Assembly: GCA_964188305.1 (NCBI GenBank)
Contig: OZ076893.1
Direction: 5' to 3' (one strand)
Length of the DNA stretch: 64,000 nt
From: Podarcis bocagei
Taxonomy: Eukaryota
Every line of letters starts with the position of its first letter. Position 1 is the stretch's first letter. Shown piece after piece: positions 25,244-38,102 of this stretch. Under the pieces are notes generated by a model. That model worked only from the letters and a program-made list of their open reading frames with translations, made no database searches and was not told the origin of the DNA. The position numbers were made by a program, and so were the translations under genes.

Positions 25244-25622
25244 TCATGAAGAAACTGCCAGGAACATCTTGGTCACTGCTGCTGGTCATGGCTTGGGCCA
25301 CCTCCTCTAAGCTGCATGGAAAAGCATGTGGGATGCATCCTGTATCTATTGTACATCCTGTACAATAGATGTTTGTGGGGAAGAAGGCAGAGGGGTGCCA
25401 CCAGGTTGTAGAGCCACTGCTTTCACCTCAACCTCACCCCAAAAGTGGCTGTGATTCTGCAAAGCAAAAATAAAATAAAATCAACTTTCACAAATGTTTG
25501 GTAAGCAAAGACTAGAACCAAGTGCCTGGCCTTTACCAACAGGGGGTTTACTTGCTTGTGGAGATAAATACCTCCACAATGATCCCCGCTGTTGGGGTGT
25601 GGAAAGGGAAAGAGCTTTAGAG

Positions 25623-25758
25623 CAGGCATAGGCAAACTCAGCCCTCCAGATGTTTTGAGAATACAATTCCCATCATCCCTGACCACTTGTCCTGTTAGCT
25701 AGTCATGATGGGAGTTGTAGTCCCAAAACATCTGGAGGGCCGAGTTTGCCTATGCCTG
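25623..25758. mobile_element. Palindromic hAT MITE, 136 bp
   Basis: TIR CAGGCATAGGCAAACTC / GAGTTTGCCTATGCCTG; exact TSD CTTTAGAG (25615-25622 and 25759-25766). Confidence 0.93.
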
Positions 25759-27496
25759 CTTTAGAGGAATCAAGTTCAGATAAGACATACCACGTATAGT
25801 GAATGGGGTGACATGGAGGTATGGGAGATCGTTGCAGTAGTTGCTTAGCTGTATGGGATGCTTTGTTCTGTTGCCCCCAGTTGTTGGAGCGGAGTTTGCG
25901 TCTGGAGTCCTAAGCCAAGGGAAGATCTGAGGCAAAGAACTTGCATTGCTGATGACCACTGTTGTTTTAACACAGAGCACTGAACAGACTTAGTTTTTGT
26001 GAACCTAGGCCTGCTTTTCGGCGTCAGTTTTGCCATTCTGCCAGCTAGGATGTGGGGCCAACCCAACCATGAGACAGAGTGAGGCAGTGGCCTCAGGTAG
26101 CTTGCTGGGCATGAGGGGTAGCCATGAGGTGTTTTATTTTTTGGAAGGGGGGAAGAACTGTGTGGGCCACAATGCCTGCCCTGCCTAATGTTTCCCGCCC
26201 ATGGCCTCAGCTGCCCTGGTGAATAATGTCCTGTTGTCTATGCAGAGGTAAAATCCAACTGCCAATCTGGCCACCTTCTGTATGTGAATGGGTGAGGGGT
26301 GGGGGTAAGGGTGGGGTGAGTGCCATCTTGTTTTTTGCCTCAAGCAGCAAGGATGAGGCAGACTGTGAATGGGCTGGTGTGACAAGGCTTTGCTGGCATT
26401 CTTGTACAAAGAAAGCTAAACAAACCTCCATACTATGCTGCACTAATAAGCCAACAGTATAACTCTGACACCAAACATAAAAATACATTCCATACATAAC
26501 GTTGGCACAACCTTTTGGGAAAGTGCCTCAGAGCTGTGTTAGCCCCGCATCTATAAATCTCCATTAAATCAGTTTGACCGGGGTGAGTGTTAAGAGAGAG
26601 AGCTGCCAGAAATAGCTCTTTTCCTGCAAGATGTAGAAAAGATTACAGCCGCGACTGAAGGGAGGGTGGGGGTGGCAGTGGCGGCAGAGTGGGGGTGGGG
26701 GTGGAGTGGAATCAAACCAGAGGAGGCAGGAGAGCTGTGAAAGGCATCTCATAAAAGTCTCATTTGTTGGAAGGCTGGAGGAAGTGGAGGCAGCTCTGGC
26801 ACACGTGTCCACGGTGCTAAATTAGCTGTTAACACAAATAATCAAAGTGCAAGGCCCATCAAGCCGCTGGCGCCAGCAGAACGAGGGAGTGGCCAGGTCA
26901 ATGCTCCCTCCAGAGCCAGCCAGCTAGCAGGTGGAGACTGTGCGAGGGGACTTGACAGGATGGAAGTGCTTAGAGAACACATTGATCCACTGACAGAGGA
27001 AAACGCCACTCCACTCCCACTTTCCAGCTATTGTGTGCGGCGAGTGTTTGGTGTGTGTTTTTATTCCTCCCCCCTTCTCCTCCTTTGACTGACTTATTTA
27101 ATTCCACCCCCACCCCCAACAAGTTGCTTAAGTCAAGAGCTGGAATGCTCAGTCCATATTTGGCATTGGCATCGGCCAAGCAGCTGAACAAAAAACAAAG
27201 CCAAGAGTTATCAAAGGTCGCAAAAGAGCTAATCAACCCAAAAGCTTCCCTTTGAAAAGAACAAATGCTTTACAGAAATAGGATTCAAAAAACAATATAT
27301 GCCATAGCTGTAGGGTGTGTTCCTACATTTTTATTTTTATTTAAAAAAGCACTGACAACACTCAAGCACCACCCTGGATTTTTTCAGATGGCTCAGCCTT
27401 GGGAAACAGAAATTTTTGAGCATGGAAATGAGGAATCCCACACTCAGCGCAATCGTATTCTCATATTAAACCATTTGGATGATGATAGGATTCCTA

Positions 27497-28770
27497 ATTT
27501 GTTTGTTTATTTATATCCTGCTTTTCTCCCAGTACAGAACCCAAGGAAGCTCCCACCATGAATTAAAACTAATACAACTAAAACATGCACACCCACTATA
27601 TATATGGAGAGAGAGAGAGAGAGAAGTAACCCTATTAAAAATAGCATGGAAAATAATTAAAACCATTTAAAAGCACACATAGAAAAGGAGAGAATGTACA
27701 GCACCCACCTTCAGAAGACCCTGCCACAATGGTCAATGCCAGTGATAAGAAAGTAGAAAGGAGGTCAGACTACACTCCCATGGCAAGGAGCTGCACAATC
27801 TCGAGAAGCCACCAAGAAGGCCCTGTCTTTTGTCCTCACCAAATGTGCTTGTCAAGGTGGCAGGATGGAGAGAAAGGCCTCTCCAGAAGATCTCAAGGTC
27901 TGGGCAGGCTCTTAAAGGGAGATACAGACCTTCAATTTGCCTGTATCCAAGTTGTATAGGGCACTTTTAATTGTGCCTGACAATCAACCATTAGCCAGTG
28001 GAGCTGTTGTAACAAGTCAGCAATCTCCCCATAGCATCTTTGACTTGCTGAACTTATAAGCACTTCCCAAAGACAGCCCCACATAGAGCATGATGTTGCA
28101 GTAATCCAAACAGGACGTAACTAATGACCAGATCTCCTGCAATGGGCACAGCTGGCACACTATTGTTAAATGAACGTGAAGATGCTCTCCCAGTCACTAC
28201 CAACCCCAAGGCATCTAAGCTCAGGGTTGAATCTAGGAGTACACACAAGCTGTGAACCTGAGTTTTCATGGGGACTATAACTTGCCCAGCACAAGTTGAA
28301 CCGCGGTTTGCTGATCTGCTTTTCAATTGACCAGGACAACCTTTGTCTTATCTGGATCATTTGTTCTCCCTCATTCAGTCCATAACTGACACCAGAGAAC
28401 AAAAAAGTTCCCTCAGATTTAAATGATGAGAACCCCCAAATTCTGGGCAACCTCTCACAGCGGTTTAATGTAGATATTTAATAGCATGATGCACAGGATA
28501 GAATCCTGAGGGATGTCACAAGCCAATGGCCATGGAATCAAACAGGAGTCCCCTAGCACCACCTTCTGGGCTTGCCTGTCCAAGAAGAACAATGGTTTCA
28601 AATCCCATTCCAGGCAGGTGGCCCAGAAGGATACCAGAGTCAGTGGTATTGAAAGCTGCTGAGATGCCCAGCAAAACAAACAGGGATGTGCTTCGTCTGT
28701 TAAGCTCTTGAAGTAAGTCATCTACCAAGGCGATCAAAGCAGTTTCCATGTCATAACCTGGGAAACTGGT
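27497..28770 (-). mobile_element. Degenerate L2 LINE (RT fragment to 3' end)
   Basis: Minus-strand peptides FPGYDMETALIALVDDLLQELNRRSTSLFVLLGISAAFNTTDSGILLGHL and IPQDSILCIMLLNIYIKPL match L2 RT motifs (ETAL..V.DD, DLSAAFDT, GVPQGSILSP.LFNIY). A (TAAA)-type tail lies near 27500. Confidence 0.85.
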
Positions 28771-31251
28771 GTTGTCATTTGTGCTGATGGTATGGTTTTC
28801 TTTGTCTATTGTTGGTGTTGGGCATCTTTTTTTATCCTTCATTAGCAAATAGTTCCCTCAATTCTAATACATTTTCCATTGTCTACCACCTTCAATTATT
28901 TCTGAAAGATTACTTCTGGTGCAATTCTTCTTCTTTTGCTTCAGCGAATGATACAAATCTGGGTGAAGCATCAGTCATAAGACTATTGACACAAACTTCT
29001 GACTTGTTTAGTTTGTAATGGTGGATTTATCTCACTAGCCACACAGCACAGAACAAGTAGTCAACTGAACCGTCTTTGCTTGATTTGTATTTCATGGTGG
29101 TGATATAGAGTTACACAGTGTCTCCATTTCTTAATAGCATGTGTTTTTGAATTTGGATTGCTGGATCTGGTGGTCTGTGGTCACTGATTGGAATAAGTCT
29201 TATTCTGTAAAGATCCAAAGGAAAGTGCTCACATCCCTACAACTGCCAAGGCTTCTGTTTCGGTTAACAAGAGCCACTGTTCTGTGTCTGTTCATGTTCT
29301 TTTTGTATATGCCCTGACATGACCTAGTTGCTTCAAAATAAGCAAAAATGTCCAGTTAATTCAAGACGGCTTGAAATAACTATTATATCTGGTTATCTGT
29401 TTCACCTCAGCTTGCAATGCAGTGGTTTTTCTTCACTTGCTTGTTCATTTTCTTTTATTGTCTGTTGTTGGGTTCTGATTTATTTTCACCTTGCCATCAG
29501 GTACATTGTTGCAAGGGATGTACTACTCAGACATGGGCGTAACTTTATGACACAAAATGGCTTCTGTTGCTCTGCCCATTGCCTGCTCTGAACCCTTTTC
29601 TTCAACCATCTCAACAGTTTTCTCTGTCCCGCCCCACCTCCTAAGAATTCTTCCCAGTCCTCAAATATCCCTTGTACGAGGTTTTTAACCCTACATGGAC
29701 TGACAACTTCCACTCTCTCACAGAAGGTGGCTTACACTGCTTTGTTTCCTGAACAACCAAACATTTTGAACCACCAGACCAGCTTAGCATGTCAGAGGCT
29801 TCCACACTGCAGGACTATGTAGGTGTTCTAGAAAATCTGTCTACTAGGAGAAGGGCTGTAGTTCAGCTGTAGAGCACAAGATCAGGTTTCTTCCTTTGCC
29901 TTGTCAACAGAGCAGTATCAGCTGTTTACTGAACATGAGGTTTTATCTGTTAGCTTTATGCACTAACTTTAGGTACACTGAACAAGAGAAGTCAACTTCC
30001 AGGTTCAGATGGGGGCATGACTGTCCACATTCCCACCCTGACCACCCCAATATAAGGAACCCCCCCAGTTTCCACAAACAGCTTGTTCGATTGCAAACAT
30101 GTTCTTATATCTGCAGAGTTCTTAATGTTTAACCTAAATCTTCCTCTTGATAGCCCAAAACAGTTGCATCACTCCAAACCATACATTTAATGCGCCTTAT
30201 ACCATATTAACAGTTAGGGCTTTCCCAAATAATCATGGGAATTGTAGTTTCTCAAGGGTGCAACTTCACAGTTTCCAACATCCTTAACAAACTGAAGTTT
30301 TCTGGATTCTTTGACTGTTAAAGTGGTACTAGCTGGTAATGAAGAACCGCTTTATTACTTTTTTCCTGAGAAATTTACAAAATACAACTCCAGTTTATTC
30401 CCGCTTCCCCTTCTCTGTCCTGCACACCATATCAAAAAGTCTCAAGTGACCTGGTCTGCACAGTCAAGGCAGTGCTGTGGAATGTGCAATCCTCTAAGAA
30501 TCTCTCCCCTACAAGTGAGAAAGGTGTTGCTTATTTATTTCTTTTCCAGGGAGCTACTGCTGCCAAAGTGGTAACTATGATCCAAGCTAAGCCCGGGGCA
30601 GAGAGAAGGATCCTTCTAAATCCAGTTTCAGTCCTTGCCAAATTTTAGGCCCCTACCAGAAGTGTTAGTAATGCTAGAACTCTTTAAGAAATGGGCTGTG
30701 GTTAAACAAGCTATCAATCCCCCCCAACCCCCAGTAACCTCATCCTGCAGAAAAGCTGGAGCCGCTTCAGCAAATTCACTGCATCCTTTTTTGTTGGGGG
30801 GGGGGGCAGAACAACATATAAAGAAGGTGTTTGGAATTGGTAAGCCAGCATCAGAGAATTCTGCCTTGACAATTAATGTTTGGCTGGCTTAACAATAACT
30901 GAAGGGAGGGGCTTTAAATGGGAAACATTTGGCAGGTTTAATGAGGCCTTCTCTAAGAAATGACACCAATAACTTTGAATGTTGAGAATTTTTGTTTGTT
31001 TGTTTAAATATTATTAAAATATAACCTTCATGCATGCATGTGAAACCCGCTAATCAATTCCATAAGTGTATATGCAGTCAACTTTTCACATTTTTTTTAA
31101 AAGGGCCAATAGGAGCTTTTTCTTGAGGCTAATTTCAGTGGTGAATGAGGAGTTTTTTTTATCAGGATCATGGCTGGAGAGGGAAGGGTTAAACCTCCCC
31201 TCCCCACATGCTGTGGTCCCCATGAAAATTGCACTTGAACACCCAGTATGA

Positions 31252-31420
31252 AAGGGTAATATCCCAGTGGTAGAGCATCTGTTTTGCATGGATAATTTCC
31301 CAGTTTCAACTTCTGGCATCTCCGGGTAGAAGTGGGAATGTCCCCTATCTTAAACCTGGAGACCTGTTGACAGTCAGTGTGGATAATACTGAGCTAGAAG
31401 AATCAGTGGTCTTGATGTTC
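31252..31420 (+). mobile_element. Decayed tRNA-derived SINE (same family as 50352)
   Basis: CAGTGGTAGAGCATCTGTTTTGCATG head, with a body similar to 50352-50536. Confidence 0.6.
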
Positions 31421-31568
31421 GTTAACATCAAATTTGACTGTCAGTTTCCTTCAGCTCTGTTAGGGATGCTATTCTGCATTGAACCTTCCAAGCCAAAGTA
31501 TTATTGGGCATTATGTGCAGTCATGTGTCCTGACAGTTTGGAAATAAAGTGAGCAGCTGGTGCTAGAA

Positions 31569-31704
31569 CAGGCAAAGGCAAACTCAGCCCTCCAGATGTT
31601 TTGGAACTACAACTCCCATCATCCCTGACCACTGGTCCTGTTAGCTAGGGATGATGGGAGTTGTAGTCTCAAAACATCTGGAGGGCTGAGTTTGCCTATG
31701 CCTG
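31569..31704. mobile_element. Palindromic hAT MITE, 136 bp
   Basis: Same arms as 25623; exact TSD TGCTAGAA (31561-31568 and 31705-31712). Confidence 0.93.
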
Positions 31705-32332
31705 TGCTAGAAACACCTTCTTCTGCAGCAGCTTTTTATAAGGCTTCCAAGGGCAAGGGGTGAGAAAAATGATAAGAGACTGGTCTAATCTGATAGAAAG
31801 AGAGATTTCTTAATCATTGGTTTTTTGATCTAAGCAAATCCCTCTTCATGTTAGCCTAACCTGATGTTGAGTTTTTGCAAGTAAATCTGAAAGTACCTTA
31901 ATAATTCTAAACACAAAATAGGCATGTCTTCTTTGTCTCTTTAGACTTTTTTAATTTTAAAAAATTAAATTACTGTTATGCCACCTACGAGATTCTGTTC
32001 CCTTCAACAAATGTCTGTGAGTAAGCCTCATAAAGTTCCAGAAACTTCAAACCAAAAACTTCCATAAAGTTAAAAGAAACCTTTTATCTTGTCTGTCTTT
32101 TTTTAATTTAGAAAAAGCTTTACATTCTAAATCCAGCATCAGTAGTGGCATGACCCTCTGAGTTACGAGAAAGTTAGCAGCTTAAACACCGTAACAAGCT
32201 TCAAAAGCTATGTGCGATTTCTGTTTCCAGATGTTGAAATGAAGAAGTATTGAAATGTGAGTTCAACCTGCTGTTGTTCAGAATAGTGAACCAGTCTGAT
32301 TTTAAACTGCATTTGCCATTTTTTCAAAAATA

Positions 32333-35300
32333 ATGTATAAAGACGAGCAAGGGAGAATGATAGTAGTACAGATTGTATTTCAAGGAATAAAAATAATTGT
32401 CGCCGGAATATACGCACCTAACGATAAAAAATCGGCTTTCTTCTCCGAATTAGGTAATAAGTTATTAGAGTGGATCGACCAAAAAATGATATTGATGGGT
32501 GATTTTAACGGAGTGGTGTCACCAAATTTGGATAGGTCAACAAAAAAGCAAGAGACAAAGGAAGGCAAGCTACCTCGAACGTTTTTTGATTTGGTCGATA
32601 ATATGGGATTGACGCTTGGAGATTTAAAAACCCCACTATAAAACAATGTACCTTTTTCTCAAATCCAAATCAGAGTTGGGGGAGAATAGATAATATTTGG
32701 ATCTCGAAGGAGTTGACACAGAATTTAGTTAAATCTGAAATACTCCCACAAACTATATCTGATCATAATCCGGTATTTATGGAGATAAAGGGTAAAGATG
32801 CTAGAGTATTTAGATGGAGAATGAATGAAGGTATATTTAATAATCAAAAGATAGTAAGTGAGGCGAAAGAAACAATCAAAGAATATTTCAAGTGGAACTT
32901 ACATAAAGAAACAGCTATAGAAACGGTCTGGGATGCAGGAAAAGCCGTTATGAGGGGCTTCCTAATTCAGAAAAACAGCCATTTAAGAAAAGAAAAAGAG
33001 AAAAAGGAGGAGGAGATTCTAACACAGCTTATGGAGAATGAAAGACAATTAGCTATTAAACCAGGTGAGGAGACAATAAAGCAAAACTTAAAAATATTAC
33101 AAGCCCAATTTTCTATGATAGTTAACCAGGAGATTGAGTGAAGAATTAAAATGATGAAACAAAAGAATTTTGAATCAGCTAATAAAATAGGAAAATACCT
33201 GGCGTGGCAAATAAGAGAAAGGAAAAAACAAAATATGATCTGCAAGATAAGGGATGGAGAAAGGATAGTGGAAGAGCCAAAAGAAATAAAAAGGATATTT
33301 CAGAAGTATTATAAGGAATTATATAAAAGAGGAAAGGAAACAGATTATGAAATAGACCGCTACCTGGAAGAACATCATTTACATCAGATTGCCATTGAAG
33401 AAAAAGAGTTACTAGACCAGATGATTACAGAAGATGAGATAAGGAAGGCAATAAAAAAGATGAAAATCGGGAAAGCGCCGGGGCCGGATGGCTTATCAGC
33501 CAAGTACTATAAGACATTAAGTGAACAATTATGTCCAATTATATGTGAAGTGATGAATAATATTTTAAAAGAGGGAAGTATTCCGAATACCTGGAAGGAA
33601 GCATATATTACATTAATCCCTAAAAAAGATGTGGACGCCTTAGAGGTGAACTATAGGCCGATTTCGTTATTAAATAACGACTATAAACTGTTTGCGGATA
33701 TAATTGCAGAAAGATTAAAAAGGGTATTAAATAACAGAATTCATAAAGACCAAATGGGCTTCCTACCAGGGAGACAACTAAAGGACAACGTAAGAAATGT
33801 GATAGATATCATTGAATACAGTGGTGCCCCGCAAGACGAATGCCTCGCAAGACGGAAAACTCGCTAGACGAAAGGGTTTTCTGTTTTGGAGGTGCTTCGC
33901 AAAACGAATCTCCTATGGGCTTGCTTCGCAAGACGAAAATGTCTTGCGAGTTCCTGCGGGTTTCCCCCCTCCCCCTCTTTTTCTAAGTCGCTAAGCCGCT
34001 TATCAGCTGATCCGATAAGCCGATAAGCCACTAAAAGCCGCTAAAAGCCGCTAAAAGCCGCTAAAAGCCGCTAAAAGCCGCTAATAGCGCTAATAGTGCT
34101 AATCCGCTAATCCGTCAATGGGCTTGCTTCGCAAGACGAAAAAACCGCTAGACGAAGAGAATCACAAAACGGATTCTTTTCATCTTGCAAGGCACCACTG
34201 TACTTGGAAACTAGAATAGATAAACAGGCGACCCTGATATTTATCGATGCGGAGAAGGCATTCCATAATGTCTCTTGGCGCTTTTTGATGGAAAACTTGA
34301 AAATGATGGGGATGGGAGAGAGACTCAGAAAAGGTATAGAGGCTATCTACCATGAGCAAAAGGCAAAACTTGTAATAAATAATACTACAACAGAATTTTT
34401 TGATATTTCTAAAGGGACCAGACAAGGCTGCCCTTTGTCTCCCCTATTATTTATCTTAATATTGGAAGTACTTACTAAGAGGCTAAGGGAAACAGCAGAG
34501 ATTAAAGGAGTTAAGGTAGGAACAAAGGAACACAAAATTAAAGCTTTTGCGGATGACATCGTACTAACATTAGAAAACCCAAAGAATAGTGTAAAAGAAG
34601 CCCTACAAAAAATTGAAGAGTTTGGTGCTGTGGCAGGCTTTAAGGTCAATAAGAATAAGACTAAAATGCAGACCAAAAACGTAACTAAAGAAGATATAGT
34701 AGACTTAGAACAAAAGACGGGAATTTTGACAGCAAAGAAGGTGAAATATCTTGGAGTCTGGATTACAGCTAATAACATTAACCTATATAAGGATAACTAT
34801 GAGGTCACCCGGAAGAACATCAAGAAAGATTTAGAAATTTGGGAGAGAATGAGACTATCTTTTTGGGGGAGGATAGCGGTTATCAAAATGAATGTTTTGC
34901 CTAGAATGTTATTTTTATTTCAAACCATCCTGGTACTTAAAGGTCTAAAGCAATGCAAAGAATGGCAAAGAGCCTTGGCGAGATACATCTGGCAGGGAAA
35001 AAGACCGCGAATAAAAATGAAAATACTGGTAGATAGAAAAGAAAGAGGGGGTTTCTCTCTACCGGACTTATGTTTATACTATGAGGCGGCGTGTCTATTG
35101 TGGTTGAATGACTGGATAAGGCTAGAAAACAGAGACATATTGGATTTGGAAGGCTTCGATAACAGGTACAGGTGGCACTCATACCTGTGGTATGAAAAGG
35201 TGAAAACACATAGAGGCTTTCTAAATCACATTTTTAGAGGGCCAATATTCCAAGTATGGGAAAGAAATAAAAACCTATTGGAAAGGAAGACACCCTGGTG

Positions 35301-36155
35301 GATTTCACCAGTAGAGGTGTTAACGGTCAAAAAAGTTAATATGGAAGGGAAGAATGCCACTTATGAAGAACTTACAAGGAAAACGGATCAAGGTATAAAA
35401 CTTAGACCGTATGAAGAGATTAAAAACTCATTTACTGGGTGGCTGCAATACCACCAGGTAAATGACTTGTTAAAAGAAGATAAAAAGAAATTAGGATTTG
35501 AAGATAAAAAATCTAAATTTAATGTGGAAGTTGTTGAAGGAAAGAACAAAATACTGTCTAGAATATACAATATTTTATTGGAGTGGTACACAAAAGACGA
35601 GGAGGTGAAGGAGGTCATGACTAAGTGGGCAATAGACATTGGCTATAACATTGACTTCGAGAGGTGGCTAGAATTATGGAATATTAACATGAAGTTCACG
35701 GCATGTATGGCATTAAGAGAAAATATGTGGAAAATGATATATAGGTGGTACCATACGCCAGTGAAACTGGCTAAGATTTATAGGTTAAAGAATAAAAGAT
35801 ACTGGAAATGTGGAGAAGTAGACGGTGACTTCTACCATATGTGGTGGTTATGCAGCAAAGTGAAAGGCTTTTGGGAATCGATTTACAATAAGCTTAAAAA
35901 AAAATTAAATACACGTTTCCCAAAAAACCTGAAGCTTTTCTGCTAGGAATGATAGGTAAAGAAATTAAAAAAGAAGATAAAGTACTATTCTTATATGCCA
36001 CAACAGCCGCAAGAACCATGTTAGCACAAAACTGGAAAACGGAGGCCATACCCAATATAAGTGATTGGCAGATTAAATTGACAAACTATGCCGAGCTCGC
36101 TAGAATAACAGGAAGAATAAGAGACCAAGATAAACAGAAATTTCACGACAACTAG
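32333..36155 (+). pseudogene. L1 ORF2 pseudogene
   Basis: ORF pieces 32333-32641, 32713-33141, 33151-33818, 34204-35946 and 35949-36155, separated by frameshifts, premature stops (33139-41, 36153-55) and a MITE insertion. Confidence 0.9.
33819..34200. mobile_element. Tigger/pogo-like MITE, family C (382 bp), nested in the L1 RT
   Basis: TIR CAGTGGTGCCCCGCAAGACGAA / TTCATCTTGCAAGGCACCACTG; TA TSD at 33817-18 and 34201-02; internal (CTAAAAGCCG)x5 at 34031-34080. Confidence 0.93.
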
Positions 36156-36408
36156 ATTAAATACTGGATATATATTGGGACTAAACTTTAAATGACACTG
36201 GCGGAATTGGAATAACTCTAACAGTAAAAGGCTACTATGCAAAAGAGATAAAATATGTGACTATAGAGTCTATTTGATACTTACCAAAGGAGTGGAAGGA
36301 AGTCCAAGGCTCGGCAGAGCCTAAAACAAATGTACTTATGATTTATGGAATGAATATATTATGTGTAACTTAAGTATTGGATCTTGTATAAGTTTATATG
36401 TATATATA

Positions 36409-36772
36409 AAAGGTAAAGGTACCCCTGCCCGTACGGGCCAGTCGTGTCCGACTCTAGGGTTGCGTGCTCATCTCGCTCAAGAGGCCGGGAGCCAGCGCTG
36501 TCCGGAGACACTTCCGGGTCACGTGGCCAGCGTGATGAAGCTGCGTCTGGTGAGCCAGCACCAGCGCCGCATACGGAAACACCGTTTACCTTCCCGCTAT
36601 AAAGCGGTACCTATTTATCTACTTGCACTTAAGAGTGTTTTCGAACTGCTAGGTGGGCAGGAGCTGGGACCGAACGACGGGAGCTCACCCCGCCGTGGGG
36701 ATTCGAACCGCCGACCATACGATCGGCAAGTCCTAGACACTGAGGTTTTACCCACAGCACCACCCGCGTCCC
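36409..36772 (-). mobile_element. Sauria SINE, full length, nested in the L1 3'UTR
   Basis: Highly similar to 17169-17536; (ACCTTT) tail; TSD TTTATATGTATATATA (36393-36408 and 36775-36790). Confidence 0.94.
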
Positions 36773-36908
36773 TTTTTATATGTATATATATATAATACCA
36801 ATAAAAATGTATCATGCAAAAACTGCATTTGCCATTTTTAGAATTGTTCCTTCTTTTTCTTTTTTCTTTTTTCTTTTACTTTAAAAAAATCTTAATGAAG
36901 AAAATGGT

Positions 36909-37385
36909 TGTTGTTGTTGTTTAGTCGTTTAGTCGTGTCCGACTCTTTGTGACCCCATGGACCAGAGCACGCCAGGCCCTCCTGTCTTCCGCTGCCTCCT
37001 GCAGTTTGGTCAAACTCATGCTGGTAGCTTCAAGAACACCGTCCAACCATCTCGTCCTCTGTCGTCCCCTTCTCCTTGTGCCCTCCATCTTTCCCAACAT
37101 CAGGGTCTTTTCCAGGGAGTCCTCTCTTCTCATGAGGTGGCCAAAGTATTAGAGCCTCAGCTTCACGATCTGTCCTTCCAGTGAGCACTCAGGGCTGATC
37201 TCCTTAAGAATGGATACGTTTGATCTTCTTGCAGTCCATGGGATTCTCAAGAGTCTCCTCCAGCACCATAATTCAAAAGCATCAATTCTTCGGCGATCAG
37301 CCTTCTTGATGGTCCAGCTCTCACTTCCATACATCACTACTGGGAAAACCATGGCTTTAACTATACGGACCTTTGTTGGTAAGGT
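36909..37385 (-). mobile_element. BovB (RTE clade) LINE 3' fragment
   Basis: Translates to LPTKVRIVKAMVFPVVMYGSESWTIKKADRRRIDAFELWCWRRLLRIPWTARRSN...LRL*YFGHLMRREDSLEKTLMLGKMEGTRRRGRQRTRWLD...HGVTKSRTRLND. (CAA)n tail; 10-bp TSD AGAAAATGGT (36899-36908 and 37386-37395). Confidence 0.96.
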
Positions 37386-37489
37386 AGAAAATGGTAGAAA
37401 CTGGATTTTTCTAAATTGCTCTAAGTGATTTTTAGCTTGTGTAGGGAAACCTGATCCAATGGAGTGAGTTTTGGTTCCATACTGTAAAT

Positions 37490-37964
37490 AAGGGGTGGGA
37501 ATGCTTTGGCTCTCCAGATGTTGCTGAATTACAACTCCTATTGGCCCCAGCAAGCATAGTCAGTAGCTAAGGGTGATGGGAGTTTAATTCAGCACAAGGG
37601 TGGAGGAAGGGGGGTTGCAATGGGTGCAGGCCACCACGGGTGTCACCACTGGGGGGTGACAAAATGCCAGGCGGCACTCACCGCAGGGCCTGCAGCACAC
37701 CCGAGCCACGCATCTTTCCTGGGAGTGACGCGGTGGCTTGGGCGCACACAGGCTCTTTGCTGCCCCAAACGGTCCACCCACTGCTTCCCCCCAGCTGTAG
37801 GGCGGCTGAATGGGAGGAGGCAGGCAGACTCCAGAGGCCCTGCGGTGTGCCCTGCCCCTATGAGTGGGTCGCCACGCCCCTGGGCACGCCGCCCCAGATG
37901 CCCAAGCGGTTTCCTCCACCGCTGATTCAGCAACACCTGGAGAGCCAGGGCTTCTGCACACCTG
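37490..37964. mobile_element. Older palindromic hAT MITE split by a second hAT
   Basis: Halves 37490-37594 and 37933-37964; TSD CTGTAAAT / CTGTGAAT (7/8). Confidence 0.75.
37595..37924. mobile_element. GC-rich non-autonomous hAT element (330 bp)
   Basis: TIR CAAGGGTGGAGGAA / TTCCTCCACCGCTG; exact 8-bp TSD ATTCAGCA (37587-37594 and 37925-37932). Confidence 0.88.
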
Positions 37965-38102
37965 CTGTGAATGGACGGTACAGAGATGATTCGTATCCCC
38001 CTCAAATGGTTTCATATGGACCCCACAAAATCCACCCAAAATTTCATGGCAGCAGTTTATTTTTGAAGAAATGTTGTTGTTTATTCTCAGCTGTCCTTCT
38101 CA

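Larger units (their letters stand above)
32324..36819 (+). mobile_element. 5'-truncated L1-clade LINE with disrupted ORF2 (EN-RT-Cys domain) and 3'UTR
   Basis: APE endonuclease motifs YAPN, MGDFN, SDH; RT motifs KAPGPDG, YRPISLLN, DAEKAF, GTRQGCPLSP, FADD, YLG; C-terminal WKCG...HMWWLC. AATAAA at 36800-36805; exact 20-bp TSD AAACTGCATTTGCCATTTTT (32304-32323 and 36820-36839). Confidence 0.96.

Noticed and set aside
34031-34080. CRISPR-like array
   Set aside because: A tandem decamer with no spacers, inside a MITE in eukaryotic DNA.
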